Shown here: positions 37,592-48,870 of the stretch, piece by piece
Layout: each line of letters starts with the position of its first letter
Position numbering within the stretch: position 1 is the first letter of the stretch
Assembly: GCF_006345805.1 (NCBI RefSeq)
Contig: NW_021832381.1
Location: 62,001 to 126,000, forward strand
Reading direction: 5' to 3'
Length of the DNA stretch: 64,000 bases
Origin: Octopus sinensis
Taxonomy: Eukaryota
The notes under the pieces: generated by a model
The model's database searches: none
Told to the model about the DNA's origin: nothing
What the model saw: only the letters and a program-made list of their open reading frames with translations
Position numbers and translations under genes: made by a program

Positions 37592-40154
37592 CTATTTATT
37601 TAAGTGATGCAACAGTTTTTCAATGGATCGTACCGATCTCTCCAGCTCTGGGGTTAGTTTGGATTTTAAGTCCAAGCCATGTGCCAGTTTAATGGCATAT
37701 CTCCGCGTTTTCTCCAAAAGATCAATATGTTTCTTTCCTTCGCAGCTTCCTAACCATCCTTGAGATCCATAGATCAGGAAGGGTTCTATACACGCAGAGT
37801 ATACGTATAAGAACGTTTCCGGTTTCAGCTGGAATCGCATCAGAGCTTTCAATATTTGGGTAGCCTTGTTCTTTCTCTTCCTTATATACATCTTGAATGA
37901 ACCAGTTGCATCCACAACTATTCCGAGGTATTTAAGATCCTCCACGGGTTTTATCGCTCCGGTGTTAATACAAACATCAGGTTTTCTTCTCCTTTCACCA
38001 ATCCAACAAACAGTGCTTTTTTCAAAAGATAAAGACAAGCCTTTATCCTGGCACCATTTGCCAATTTTTTCGATATGACTATGGGTTCTTTTCCACGATA
38101 TTGATTTGCTCATAGAGAAATCCATAATTAAAATATCATCTGCGTAGATGACCATCTCCATGCTAGGGAGATCCACTTGAGGAATGTCGCACATCACACA
38201 GTTAAATAAAAGTGGACTGATGACAGATCCCTGCGGAACTCCTCTCTTAAGCAAAATTCTCTTCGATAATTGGTTTCCGACCCGTACAAACGATTCTCTT
38301 CCCGAGAGGAAACTCTTCATCCAAACTAGGGCTGTCTTTCCAACGTTAAAATTGTATAAAGTTCGTAATAGCCCGGCATGCCAGACGCTATCAAATGCTT
38401 TTGATATGTCTAGAAATGCAGCCGTAAGATACTCTTTTTTCCTTTGTGCTGTAGATATGGCCTCCTTTAACAGTGAAAAGCAATTTCCAGTGCCCTTGTT
38501 CCGCCGAAAACCCCATTGCTCTTTCAAGAGATACTGTTTATCTTCAATATAAGTTGATAGTCTTTTAAAGACAATTTTTTCCATGATTTTTGAGATAGAA
38601 CATATGAGACTGATTGGTCTGTAATTTGCAGGATCCGAACTCGGTTTTCCTTTCTTCGGGATCATGCGAACAATTGTCCTCTTCCATGCTTGGGGAACAT
38701 GTCCAATACTCCACGAAGAGTTAAATAACTTCCATAGTTCATATAATAAAGGCATTCCCGCCTTTTTGAAGGTAATCATCGGTATGTAGTCCCAACCAGG
38801 GGATTTATTTTTTACATTCGTGTATTGCTAATTTGATTTCTTCCATAGAAATAGCTCCACATAATGGTCCCTCCGTAAGCGATAGTAACTCCCAAATACA
38901 CGTCTCATTTTGTATAGTCTGAGAAATCATAGACAAAGGGTCCACTTCTTGAATCTTAGCTAGCTGCTCTTTTAACTTCTCAGGTACTTCCTCTCTTGGA
39001 ATCAGATTGCCATCATTGGACTTGAGTTTTATCTCTCCACCCTTTTTATCAGAACTCATCTTTGAGAAAAGTTTCCAAAAATTCGGATTTTTATGAAAGA
39101 GTTTAGAGCATTCTTTTTTCCAGCTCTCCTCTACTATATCTTTAGATAATTCCTCTGATAAGTTTTTAATCGATTTTATTCTTTGTTTGAGGAAGATAGC
39201 GTCTTGCGGGTCCCAACACCGCTTTAGTTTACTTTCCAAGTTCCTTTTTTCACGAAGTAGTTTGGATTGCTCTTCATTTATCAATCGATTTTTGTACGAG
39301 AAGAGAAACCTCTTTTTTCCATAGTCCTCCAGATAACTTCGAATAATGTTTCTCATTCTTTCATCCAAATAATTGATCTCGTCAAGATTTAGTATTTTCA
39401 ATTCTTGAGTATTTGCCAATTTCATAGACATATAAAAGTTAAAATGATTCCAATTAATGTTGCTGATATTATAACCAAGAAATACATCCTCAGTGAGAAC
39501 TGCTCCCGTTCTTAGTTTCATCGTTTGCGGAAGATGGTCACTCCCAACATCATTTTCAACATAAGGCCGGTCACACAAACCACTTAAGGCATTTGCAACA
39601 ATAAACAATCCTAATCGATCACCACCTTGCTGCTGAAAGTGGTTAAGCTCTTCAGATGTTAAAATTTGAAAATTTGAGGTTTTTTTGATCTCAAGTAAAC
39701 AATTTCCATCCTGATTTGACTTCACGCACCCATATGCAGTATGCTTCGCATTTAAGTCTCCAACAAGAATTGGATTTTCATTTCCTTCCATAAAATTTTT
39801 GACAATCGACGAATAATCTTTCAACCTTTTGAAGTATATACCTCCAACGGTTATCCATCCAATAGAAGTTTTTAAATCAATGGATGCTAATTCACGTACA
39901 TTCTGTTCAATTATTCTTGGATTCCGAATGTCAATAGACTTTTTGTAAAATATTGATGTTCCTGTGCCGGCGTTAGCACCAAAATGCCAAGGAATATCAA
40001 TCGAGCTGTATCCAGGAATAGTGATACTTCCAGACTTCTTCATTTTCGTCTCGTTAATGATAAATACATCCATCTGAACTGTGCTGATAAGAGCTATCAG
40101 CTCTGCTGCCCGCTTTCGAAGAGAGCGGGCATTAACCAGGGTAATTTTGGTCAC
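37592..40154 (-). CDS. Element A ORF2, AP endonuclease plus reverse transcriptase
   Basis: NARSL, INETK, GDLNAKH, SDHLP, YRPISL, QWGFR, DISKAFDSVWH, GVPQGSVISP and YADD. One +1 frameshift in an A-run near 38805. Confidence 0.9.
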
Positions 40155-41164
40155 GTTTGATTTATTTGGTGGCTGCTTCCCTCTTTTAGGAGAGCCACCA
40201 AACCGAGTAAAAACTTGGCATCTTTTTTAGTTCTGGTCATGTCCTTAATAGATCTTTCGAGCTCACTAATTAAGTCAGCTCGAGGTCGACCCGTCATTGA
40301 CCCAGCTCCTGAAGTCGACAAAGTCTGCACCGCCGAGTGAGATATAGTCGTTTCCTCTGTCTGTGTTCCAACTTCAACTGTTTTCCTAACTCTTGGAACG
40401 TTCCATCCCGCCCATGGCTTCAAGGGTAAATTTTTTATGTCTGTTTGGTTGATTTTAGCATTCGCCGAAGCTTCTTTTAACAGTTTCTGAACCAGAATTT
40501 TATCATTTTTCAGCTTTGAAGCTTCTTTAGCTTTCTCACAGCCCCGATAATTTGCCAAGTGGCTCGAAGAACCGCAGTTGACACATTTTTTCATGTTAGA
40601 GTCCTTGCAATCTGTTCCAGCATGTGTACCCGAACAAAATAGACATTTCTCCTGATTTTTACAGAAGCGTGCTATGTGGCCAAACCCTTGGCATCGATAG
40701 CACTGGACTTCCGGTTTTCTGTACCACTCGGCCTTTACATTCGAAAAGCCAATCTTTAGCCCCAATCGTACAAGCGATTGAGCTTCTCCATGATCAGAAG
40801 TTACCAATTTAATGATAGGGAGTCTCACTCCCCTTTTCTCAAAGCGTTCGAGAGTCATTTTTCCTTTCACTTTGCCCTTCAGGAAGTCTTCGAGTTCCTC
40901 AATTTCGATCCAAGTTGGGACATTTTTTAGAATTATTGCCACTGGCCCGAATTTCTTATTTTTGAGAGACTGGCCTCCCTCTCCAAAAGGTTTGCTTTCT
41001 TCTAATTCAATTTGAAAGTTTTCCACATCTTTTTCGACTTTGAAATTCAGTAGGAAATCTCCTGACTGTCGGCGAGAGACTCGTGCCTTCTTGATCGATT
41101 TCATGTTGCATAGCGTGTTAAAAATATTAATAGATCCCATCGAGGGGTTATTGACTTTAAGCAC
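40151..41164 (-). CDS. Element A ORF1, gag-like nucleic-acid-binding protein
   Basis: CYRCQGFGHIARFC, CLFCSGTHAGTDC and CVNCGSSSHLANYRGC; the N-terminus is truncated or frameshifted. Confidence 0.9.
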   Translation of the reverse strand: MLKVNNPSMGSINIFNTLCNMKSIKKARVSRRQSGDFLLNFKVEKDVENFQIELEESKPFGEGGQSLKNKKFGPVAIILKNVPTWIEIEELEDFLKGKVKGKMTLERFEKRGVRLPIIKLVTSDHGEAQSLVRLGLKIGFSNVKAEWYRKPEVQCYRCQGFGHIARFCKNQEKCLFCSGTHAGTDCKDSNMKKCVNCGSSSHLANYRGCEKAKEASKLKNDKILVQKLLKEASANAKINQTDIKNLPLKPWAGWNVPRVRKTVEVGTQTEETTISHSAVQTLSTSGAGSMTGRPRADLISELERSIKDMTRTKKDAKFLLGLVALLKEGSSHQINQT

Positions 41165-41229
41165 AACAGTAATGTTCCTCCAAACTTGTTTTCATATGAT
41201 AAATGCTCGTTTTCTGTCTACAAATACCG

Positions 41230-42715
41230 TTGAATGAATGAATGAAGTTTATTGTAATTAACAGAGAAAGAGAAAGTGACAGGAATTAAGGACGGTGATA
41301 GGACGAGACTGATGCCAAGGCAACTGAACTCTTCTGAGCTTGCGTCCAATTCATCTGTCGTGAGCCAGAGTTAATGGTGGCTATGTTGCTGAATTGCTCC
41401 CTTCTAGCAGGAGCTCTTGCAGCATATCCATATCCACTCCAAGTAGGGTCAGGGCTCCTACACAACAGCGGAAGCATTCCAGTTGGGAATCTCTGTTGTG
41501 TAGGTCCTGATCCGAGTGGGGACCTCTTTGTGACAAAGCTTTGTCACGGTGGGTTTTTCTCCTCTTATGAGGGACAGGCGAGCGGACCACTTCTGAGTTA
41601 TGGCACTCATTAGTGGTTGTCTTCGAGTTTGTGAGTGTGCTGGGGGCCGGCGACGTCTGAGTAGAGACATCGACTTTGGACGGACTTCGGGGAGCCGCTT
41701 TTGTCCAGACTGATTTTATCGGTTCGGCTTTTACCCAGCGTACTGGGCTTTTTGTCTGTGGGCTCTTCGCAGCCCTTGAGGCTGCTGTTGCTGCTTTGGC
41801 AGACGGACATCCACCGTAGCACGCCAAGTGCCCAATGTTCTTGCAATTAATGCAAGTTTTTGCAGCTGGGACACTCGGTTTCGGCTTGGAACTCGGGCAG
41901 TTTTGGTGCCTGTGTTCTTTACCGCAGAGGAGACAACGGAGTTTTTCTGAGCATCTGTAGGACGTATGTCCAAACTGATTGCAACGGAAGCATCTCGTTG
42001 CTGAGGGCTTGTGCCATCCGCAGCGGATATGGCTGAAGCCCGCAGTTATTCCAAAGCGGATGAGGGTGTTGGCCTCGGCTCTGGAATCCAGCGTGAGTCT
42101 GCCGATAGGCATGTCGGTTCCATTGCGAGAGAATCTTTCGAACTTGAAGTCCGATTCTAGACTTTCTCTCAAGTGGAGGTTAAGATCCTCTGTCGAGATC
42201 CAATGAGGGATTCCTTTAAAGACCAAGACTGAGGCCTTCTCAGCTATTGAGGCAAGTTTATGGCCGCCTTCGCCAAACATATTCGATTGAGTCAGCTCTG
42301 CTTTGAACGCAGCAGCATCCTCTGGCGAACTGAATTTTAGAATGAAGGTGCCGGACTTCTGTAAGGTTATCCGGGCTATGGAAGCAGTTGGAGACTTGGA
42401 TAGGAGGTTAAACCTCTTGATCTTTCCAAGTGCCGAGTTTTCGATACTCAGAGAATATGTGAGGTTTGAGCTGTTAGCCTCAGTTGTCGTCTGATAGAAT
42501 TGGGTCTCACTGTGTTTTTGAGCCACAGTAGGGTTCGGAGGGTTCGGATGTTCGGTGGGATATTCAGGTTCGCAAAAGGGCTGTGGCTTGGCCGCTGTTC
42601 GTCCTTGAACTTTGGAGCAAGCTTTGATTGATTCGAGATTTTGTTTATTCTTGACCATTTTTTCTTTATTTTCCTTTACCATGCAACTGGATTCTCACAG
42701 CAATTCTCAAATACT
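41230..42715 (-). mobile_element. Array element A': ORF1-only (gag-only) LINE derivative
   Basis: Intact 433-aa ORF1 (41381-42682) with CFRCNQFGH, CLLCGKEH and CINCKNIGH, followed directly by a 150-nt 3' end ending in AATAAA..(TTCA)n; no EN or RT. Confidence 0.9.
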
Positions 42716-42725
42716 ACAAATACCG

Positions 42726-45142
42726 TTGAATGAATGAAGAATTTTATTGTAAGAAAGAAGAAACGAGACAGAAACTTAGTGCGGAAAAATAATTTTGACG
42801 AGACGATTGCTTTGGGCATTCGAGCTCTTCCATGGTTCGTCCGCTTTGTCTGTCTATGAGCAGGGACACCTGCTATTCTCCACGATCGATGAATAGGTCA
42901 GCCACTTTAGAGCGTTTCCGAAAAGTTCGGATAGAAGCCTCGATGGTTTGCCGTAGCTCTGGAGACTTGCTCTCCGCCCAGCTTGGGACAGGCTCCCATG
43001 GATTTAGCATATAGGCTAGTTTTAGAGCGTATCTCCGTATTTTTTCGCATTTTCGCAGAATTTTCTCATATTGTTTCGAGTAGAACCAAGCTTCCATACC
43101 ATACAGTAGGCTGGGCAAGATTGTTGCATGGTATACAAATAGGAAGGTATTTGGATTCAAGTGCATGCCTCTTAGAAGTCGGAGAGCGGCGATGGCTTTC
43201 CCTTTTCTCCGTTTGAAATGCAAATGGTATCTCGAGTTTGCGTCGATTGTGAGCCCCAGGTAACGTATGCTCTCAGGGCGAGCGATTTCCACCAAAGAGC
43301 CGGGTTTGCGATCTTGCGACTTTCTTGGGTTAATTTAGAGATATGCAGATTTGTCCATGGCCAGCGAGAGTCGCTTACCAATGCACCAATTCTTTATCTC
43401 CTCAATGTAGCCGGCAAGTCGTTTCTCAGAGGCATTGGTGTCCATCGAGGTGTCCAGAACGAGAACATCGTCTGCGTAGAGGAGTAGGGATGTCCTGGGA
43501 TCGGAGGGTGTGGGGAAACTGCTCATTACCAAATTGAAAAGGATTGGGCTGAGACAGGACCCCTGCGGAACCCCCCTTCGAAGCGAAATATATCTTGAGA
43601 AGAAGCCCGACTCAGAGATATAAGAGTAACGATTTGAGAGGAAGCAGCGCATCCAGAGAAAGACTTCCGCTGTTGGCTCACAGAGTTCGATCCTTTCCAG
43701 GAGGTCTCTGTGCCAGACGCTGTCAAAAGCCTTTGAGATGTCCAGACATACAAGAGATAAAGTTTCTTTAAACTCCATTGCTCTCGAGATGGTGGACTGT
43801 ACCGTAATGAAACAGTCACCGCAGCTACGTTCAGAGCGAAAACCCCATTGCTGCGGGAGCAGCACTTTCTTCTCTTCGGCGTGGAAGTCGAGGCGCTTGG
43901 CCATAATTTTCTCCATCAGCCTTGAGATAGTTGGGATTAGGCTTATGGGACGGTAGCTGTTAGCGAGATTCACCGGTTTCGCAGGCTTTTTGATCATCCG
44001 GACCTTCGAGATTTTCCATTTTCCCGGCACATGGCCCCACTTGAGACTTGCCGTAAACAGATCCGCGAGGAACACATGTAGGTCTTCGGGTGCTTTCTTA
44101 AACAATCGCATCGGTATTTTGTCATGGCCCGGTGCGTTGCCTTTTGACGAACGGATGGCCCAGGTCACCTCTGCAATGGTGATCGGGTGATGGTCCGACG
44201 ACAGTGGGCGCGGCAGTGGCTCCGACTCCCGGTTTTGCAACGTTTCCGGATTGGCCTCCTGGATAGTGGCCAGGTGTTCTGCGAATATGTTTGGCATCTC
44301 TTGTGGCGAGGCGGGCATACCAGACTGGTTGCACAACCTCGGGGGTGAGGATTTTCCTTCGAGGTTAGCCACTTTGTGGAAACAGTCCCAGAAATTTGGG
44401 TTTCTGTAGTCCAGGTTTTGACAAGCCTTCTACCATTTCCTGGCTGCTTCCAGCTTTGTCGCGACGTGGACCTTATACCCAATTTCCGAGATCATGTTCC
44501 TAAGTCTTCCCCTGTCAGCTGGGTCCACACAGCGTTTGAGTTTATTTCTCAGCCGCTTCCTTTCGTTGAGGATGATCTTCACTTTCACGCTCGGAGTGGT
44601 CCTCCGTGCGCGGTCTGCACTTGGCAATTCTCCGTACGACGTTAGATACTGAAGCATGAATTTGCTTAACTTATCGCTTGCGGAGTCGATGTCGAGGGCT
44701 GAGTTATACCCAACAGGGCGACCGTTGTCGTGCAGGAATGCACTTATGAAGCTCCTGTAGTGTGGCCAGTTGATCTTTGAGAGATTGTAGTGAGAGGAAA
44801 TGTGTTCTTGTCTAACAATGCTAGTGTGAATTTTGATCTCCATTGGTAGGTGGTCACTTCCGATATCGTCAAGCACTGTAGGCTTTTCCATAAGGTTAGC
44901 GACAGAGTGAGAACAGATGCACAGGCACAGGTTGTCCCCGCCAAAGGGCGAGTGGTGGTTCGGGTCTTCGGATGTCCTGACGAAAACACCAAGCTTGTCA
45001 GTGACCTTCTTCAGTGTTCGACCATCTTGGTTGGTTAACCGACATCCAAACGCCGTGTGCTTCGAGTTTAAGTCTCCGATAAGAAGGCAATGAGCTATGC
45101 TTGAGAAGAATTCGTCAATCAATCTGATGCAGGGGGGGAGAT
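42726..45142 (-). mobile_element. Array element B: 5'-truncated LINE (partial EN plus RT)
   Basis: Begins at GIYLPP within EN; GDLNSKH, SDHLP, YRPISL, GVPQGS and YADD split over three ORFs; ends in AATAAA..TTCAA. Confidence 0.9.
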
Positions 45143-46702
45143 AAATACCGTTGAACGAACGAACAGATTTTATTGACTTAGCAACCGAAAGAGAAGAGTT
45201 TTATGAAAAGGTTTTATTTAAAATCGAGACACCGGAAGCCTCCTCCTTGCTTTCCTATTCACTTCTCATGCCCTTTGCAATGAGCAGAGGACTTGCCAAA
45301 TGTTTTGAGTTTGTTCGTCTAGCTCTCTGGGGAGATCCTGATCAAGCCGTAGCTTATACGCCAGTTTAATCGCAAAGCGCCTTGTTTTCTCCAGTTTGGT
45401 GATTATGCGATTTCTCTCGTCTGTAGGGTACCAACCTTCATGTCCATAGATAAGGACTGGTTCTACAGTCGCCTTATAGATGAAGAGAAAGGTGTCTGGG
45501 GAGAGATGGAAGCGTATAAGGCTTCTCAGGATCCCGGAACATTTCCTTCTTCTAGATTCCACGAACTTAAGGAACGATCCGTCAGCCCCGATCGTTACCC
45601 CAAGGTAGCGTAGGTCGTCAGTGATTCTTAGTCCCATTGTCTCCAGAATTGGTTCTCTTTCTTTCCGAGTTTTAGAAACCCACGTGATGGTGGACTTGTC
45701 TCGTGCTAAGGAGAGGGCTTTCTCCGTAGCCCAAGACTCAACCCTCGCTATATATTCCCTCAGGCTTTTCCAAGAGAGGTCCTTGGATCGCGACAGATCC
45801 GTAACCAATATGTCGTCCGCATAGATAATTAGTAGACTCTCCGGATTTACTGGTTTCGGGATGTCGGCAACGTATAAGTTGAAAAGTAGAGGGCTCAGGA
45901 CCGACCCTTGAGGCACTCCCCTCCTTAGATTGATTGTATCCGAGGTCCGGTTACCACATCTGATAAAAGACTTTCGCATGTGTAAGAAATTCTCTAGCCA
46001 TTTGACAGTCCTTTGCCCCGGATGGATACTGATGATCCTTTCCAGGAGGCCTACGTGCCAAACGCTGTCGAACGCCTTTGAAATGTCCAGACAAACAGCT
46101 GTCATCCCCATCTTGTGTGTAAGGGCCCTCGAGATTTGCGTTTCCAGTTGGGCAAAGCAGTTTCCACAAGACTTCCCACGTCGGAAACCCCATTGTTCTT
46201 TAGCCAGGTAACCTGACTCCTCCACGAGAATAGATAATCTGTTAAAGATTATACGTTCCATGATTCTTGATATGGAGCAGATGAGACTTATGGGTCGGAA
46301 ATTTTCTGCACGGTCTTTAGGTTTCCCTGCCTTTGGAATCATTCGTACCACGGTTTTCTTCCATGCATTCGGGACGTATCCAGTCTCCCAACTGGCATTG
46401 AAAAGTATCGTTATTATCTTGACTAGGCTTATCGGGGCCTCTTTGAAGACTCGGATGGGTATGTAATCAAAACCCGGTGCGTTGTCCTTGCATCTTTTAA
46501 TTGCTAGTAGGGTTTCATCAAGGGTGATTGCGTGACAAAGTCGACCAGGGGACATTTTCGCAGAGGCTATTGCCCTCTTTTTATCGTCCACTAGCTCGGC
46601 AGCTCGCTTCGCTCACCGCGACCTAGCTCCTGCGGAGGGCCTGTTTCATCAAACAACTATAAGTTTATGTAGATGTATAAAACTACCTGGTTTAATGTAA
46701 CC

Positions 46703-47134
46703 CTATTCTATCGCCTGTTGATAAACGATGTTTGTCGTCCGTCCTTCCTTGGCATATATGAATAAATTTTCTCTTCTGCCTACCCTCGAGCATCCCACAT
46801 ACAGCTGTCCATATGAAAAGCACTCACTCTCTAAAAATAACCCAACTACCTTTAATGACTGTCCCTGGGCCTTGTTTATTGTCATTGCAAAACTCATCCT
46901 CAAAGGAAATTGCAGCCTTTTAAATCTAAATGGTAATTCATCAGAAATTATCGGAATTCGTGGAATATAAACATCCTCACCTCTATACTTACCTGTTAAT
47001 ATCGTCGCCTCTATTACGTTAGCCATCAAATTTTTGATAACTAACCTCGTTCCGTTGCATAATTTAGGTGGCGCAAGATTTCGTAATAAAACCACTGGAA
47101 CGCCTATCTTTAACTTTAAAAGATGATTCGGCAT
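46703..47134 (-). pseudogene. Helitron PIF1-like helicase C-terminal remnant
   Basis: [55 protein letters not shown]; no Rep domain. Confidence 0.88.
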
Positions 47135-47974
47135 TCCAGAGGGATCTAAGGAGTTTAAAAATTCAATCCGGTTGAATTTTTAGAAAATAACAAAAAATAA
47201 AGAAAAACAAATAAAAATGAATAATTTAAAAACAAAAAATAAAAAAAACAAAAAAAAAACTTTAAAAATTTGTAAAATAGTATAAACAAAAAAAATCTCT
47301 GCCGCCACGGCAACAACCAGTCTAATTTTTTAACAGCCAATTAAGATAATGCTTAAGAGCCTTTATAGTCCGGAGATTTAGCTTAGTGACCTTGATTAGA
47401 CAAACCACTGGCGGAAATGGGGCAGCCGGAGATGGGGCAGGCAGAGTAGCAGCAGCCAAAAAAGCGACACACAAAAAAGATTTAATTAATTACCTTAAGC
47501 TGACCGTTTTTTCTTCAGCTTCGTTTTTCCTCCTTCGGTTATCTATTTAAAAAATTATTTTTGAATAATAAAAAAGTTTAGGAAAAGAGGCATACCGAAA
47601 ACAAATTCTATCTTTACGAAAAACTTAAGTAAATAGTTAATATTTTTACGCAAATTCTTCTGATTGCGCTGTCAATTGGTGGTAAATTGTGTTAATGATT
47701 GTGCTAATGTGGTTTTAACTATCAAAGTGTTTTTCAAAATCTGTTAATTGCACACTCTATTCAAGGTCGTGCAATCTGTAATTGCACATTCTGTCAAAGT
47801 CAAATATGATAATAGCTATAATTTTGATTCATGGTCGATAATGATATATGCATTTAATTTTAAAGAGAAAATCATAGGATGAATTAAATTTCTTTATCGC
47901 GAATAATTGGGAGTTCATCATTGTTAATATTCTCGCTGTCGTTTTCATCAAGGATATTCTTAATACGTGAGATT

Positions 47975-48870
47975 TTTGCCTCGAAGGTTTTAATGGACCT
48001 CATCATGAATGTCGAGGACATTAACGTTATTCATTTTAATCAAATGCAGAAAATAATTTTTTGATTTTTTGGCGGGAAGGTTTTAAGGACCTCATCATGT
48101 AAGTCGAGGACATCGTAGTTGTTCATTTTAACCAAAATGCAGAAAATTTTTTTAATTTTTTTTGGGGGAAGGCTTTAAGGACCTTATCATGTAAGTCGAG
48201 GACATCGTAGTTGTTCATTTTAACCAAAATGCAGAAAACTTTTTTTTTAATTTTTTTTGGGGGGAAGGTTTTAAGGACTTCATCATGTAAGTCGAGGACA
48301 TTGTAGTTGTTCATTTTAACCAATATGCAAAAAAATTTTTTTTAATTTTTTTTGGGGGGGAGGTTTTAAGGACTTCATCATGTAAGTCGAGGACATTGTA
48401 GTTGTTCATTTTAACCAAAATGCAGAAAATTTTTTTTAATTTTTTTGGGGGGGAAGGTTTTAAGGACCTCATCATGTAAGTCGAGGACATCGTAGTTATT
48501 CATTTTAACCAAAATGCAGAAAATTTTTTTTAATTTTTTTTGGGGGGGAAGGTTTTAAGGACCTCATCATGTAAGTCGAGGACATCGTAGTTGTTCATTT
48601 TAACCAAAATGCAGAAAATTTTTTTTAATTTTTTTGGGGGGGAAGGTTTTAAGGACCTCATCATGTAAGTCGAGGACATCGTAGTTGTTCATTTTAACCA
48701 AAATGCAGAAAATTTTTTTTTTAATTTTTTTTGGGGGGGAAGGTTTTAAGGACCTCATCATGTAAGTCGAGGACATCGTAGTTGTTCATTTTGACCAAAA
48801 CGCAGAAAAATTTTTTTTAATTTTTTTGGGGGGGAAGGTTTTAAGGACCTCATCATGTAAGTCGAGGACA
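47975..48870 (-). repeat. About 94-bp minisatellite, 9 units plus a degenerate unit
   Basis: GTCGAGGAC at 48011 (degenerate), 48103, 48195, 48291, 48386, 48480, 48575, 48669, 48766 and 48861. Confidence 0.95.

Larger units (their letters stand above)
37417..41219 (-). mobile_element. Array element A: near-complete APE-type LINE (I/Jockey-group-like)
   Basis: ORF1 with three CCHC knuckles and ORF2 with EN plus RT; 3' end AATAAA..TTCAA; flanked by CGGTATTTGT on both sides. Confidence 0.92.

Noticed and set aside
41218-41229. CGGTATTTGTAG as a trans-spliced leader copied onto element 5' ends
   Set aside because: The first 10 nt also form the genomic 3' flank and complete the MITE inverted repeat, so a TSD explains it more simply.
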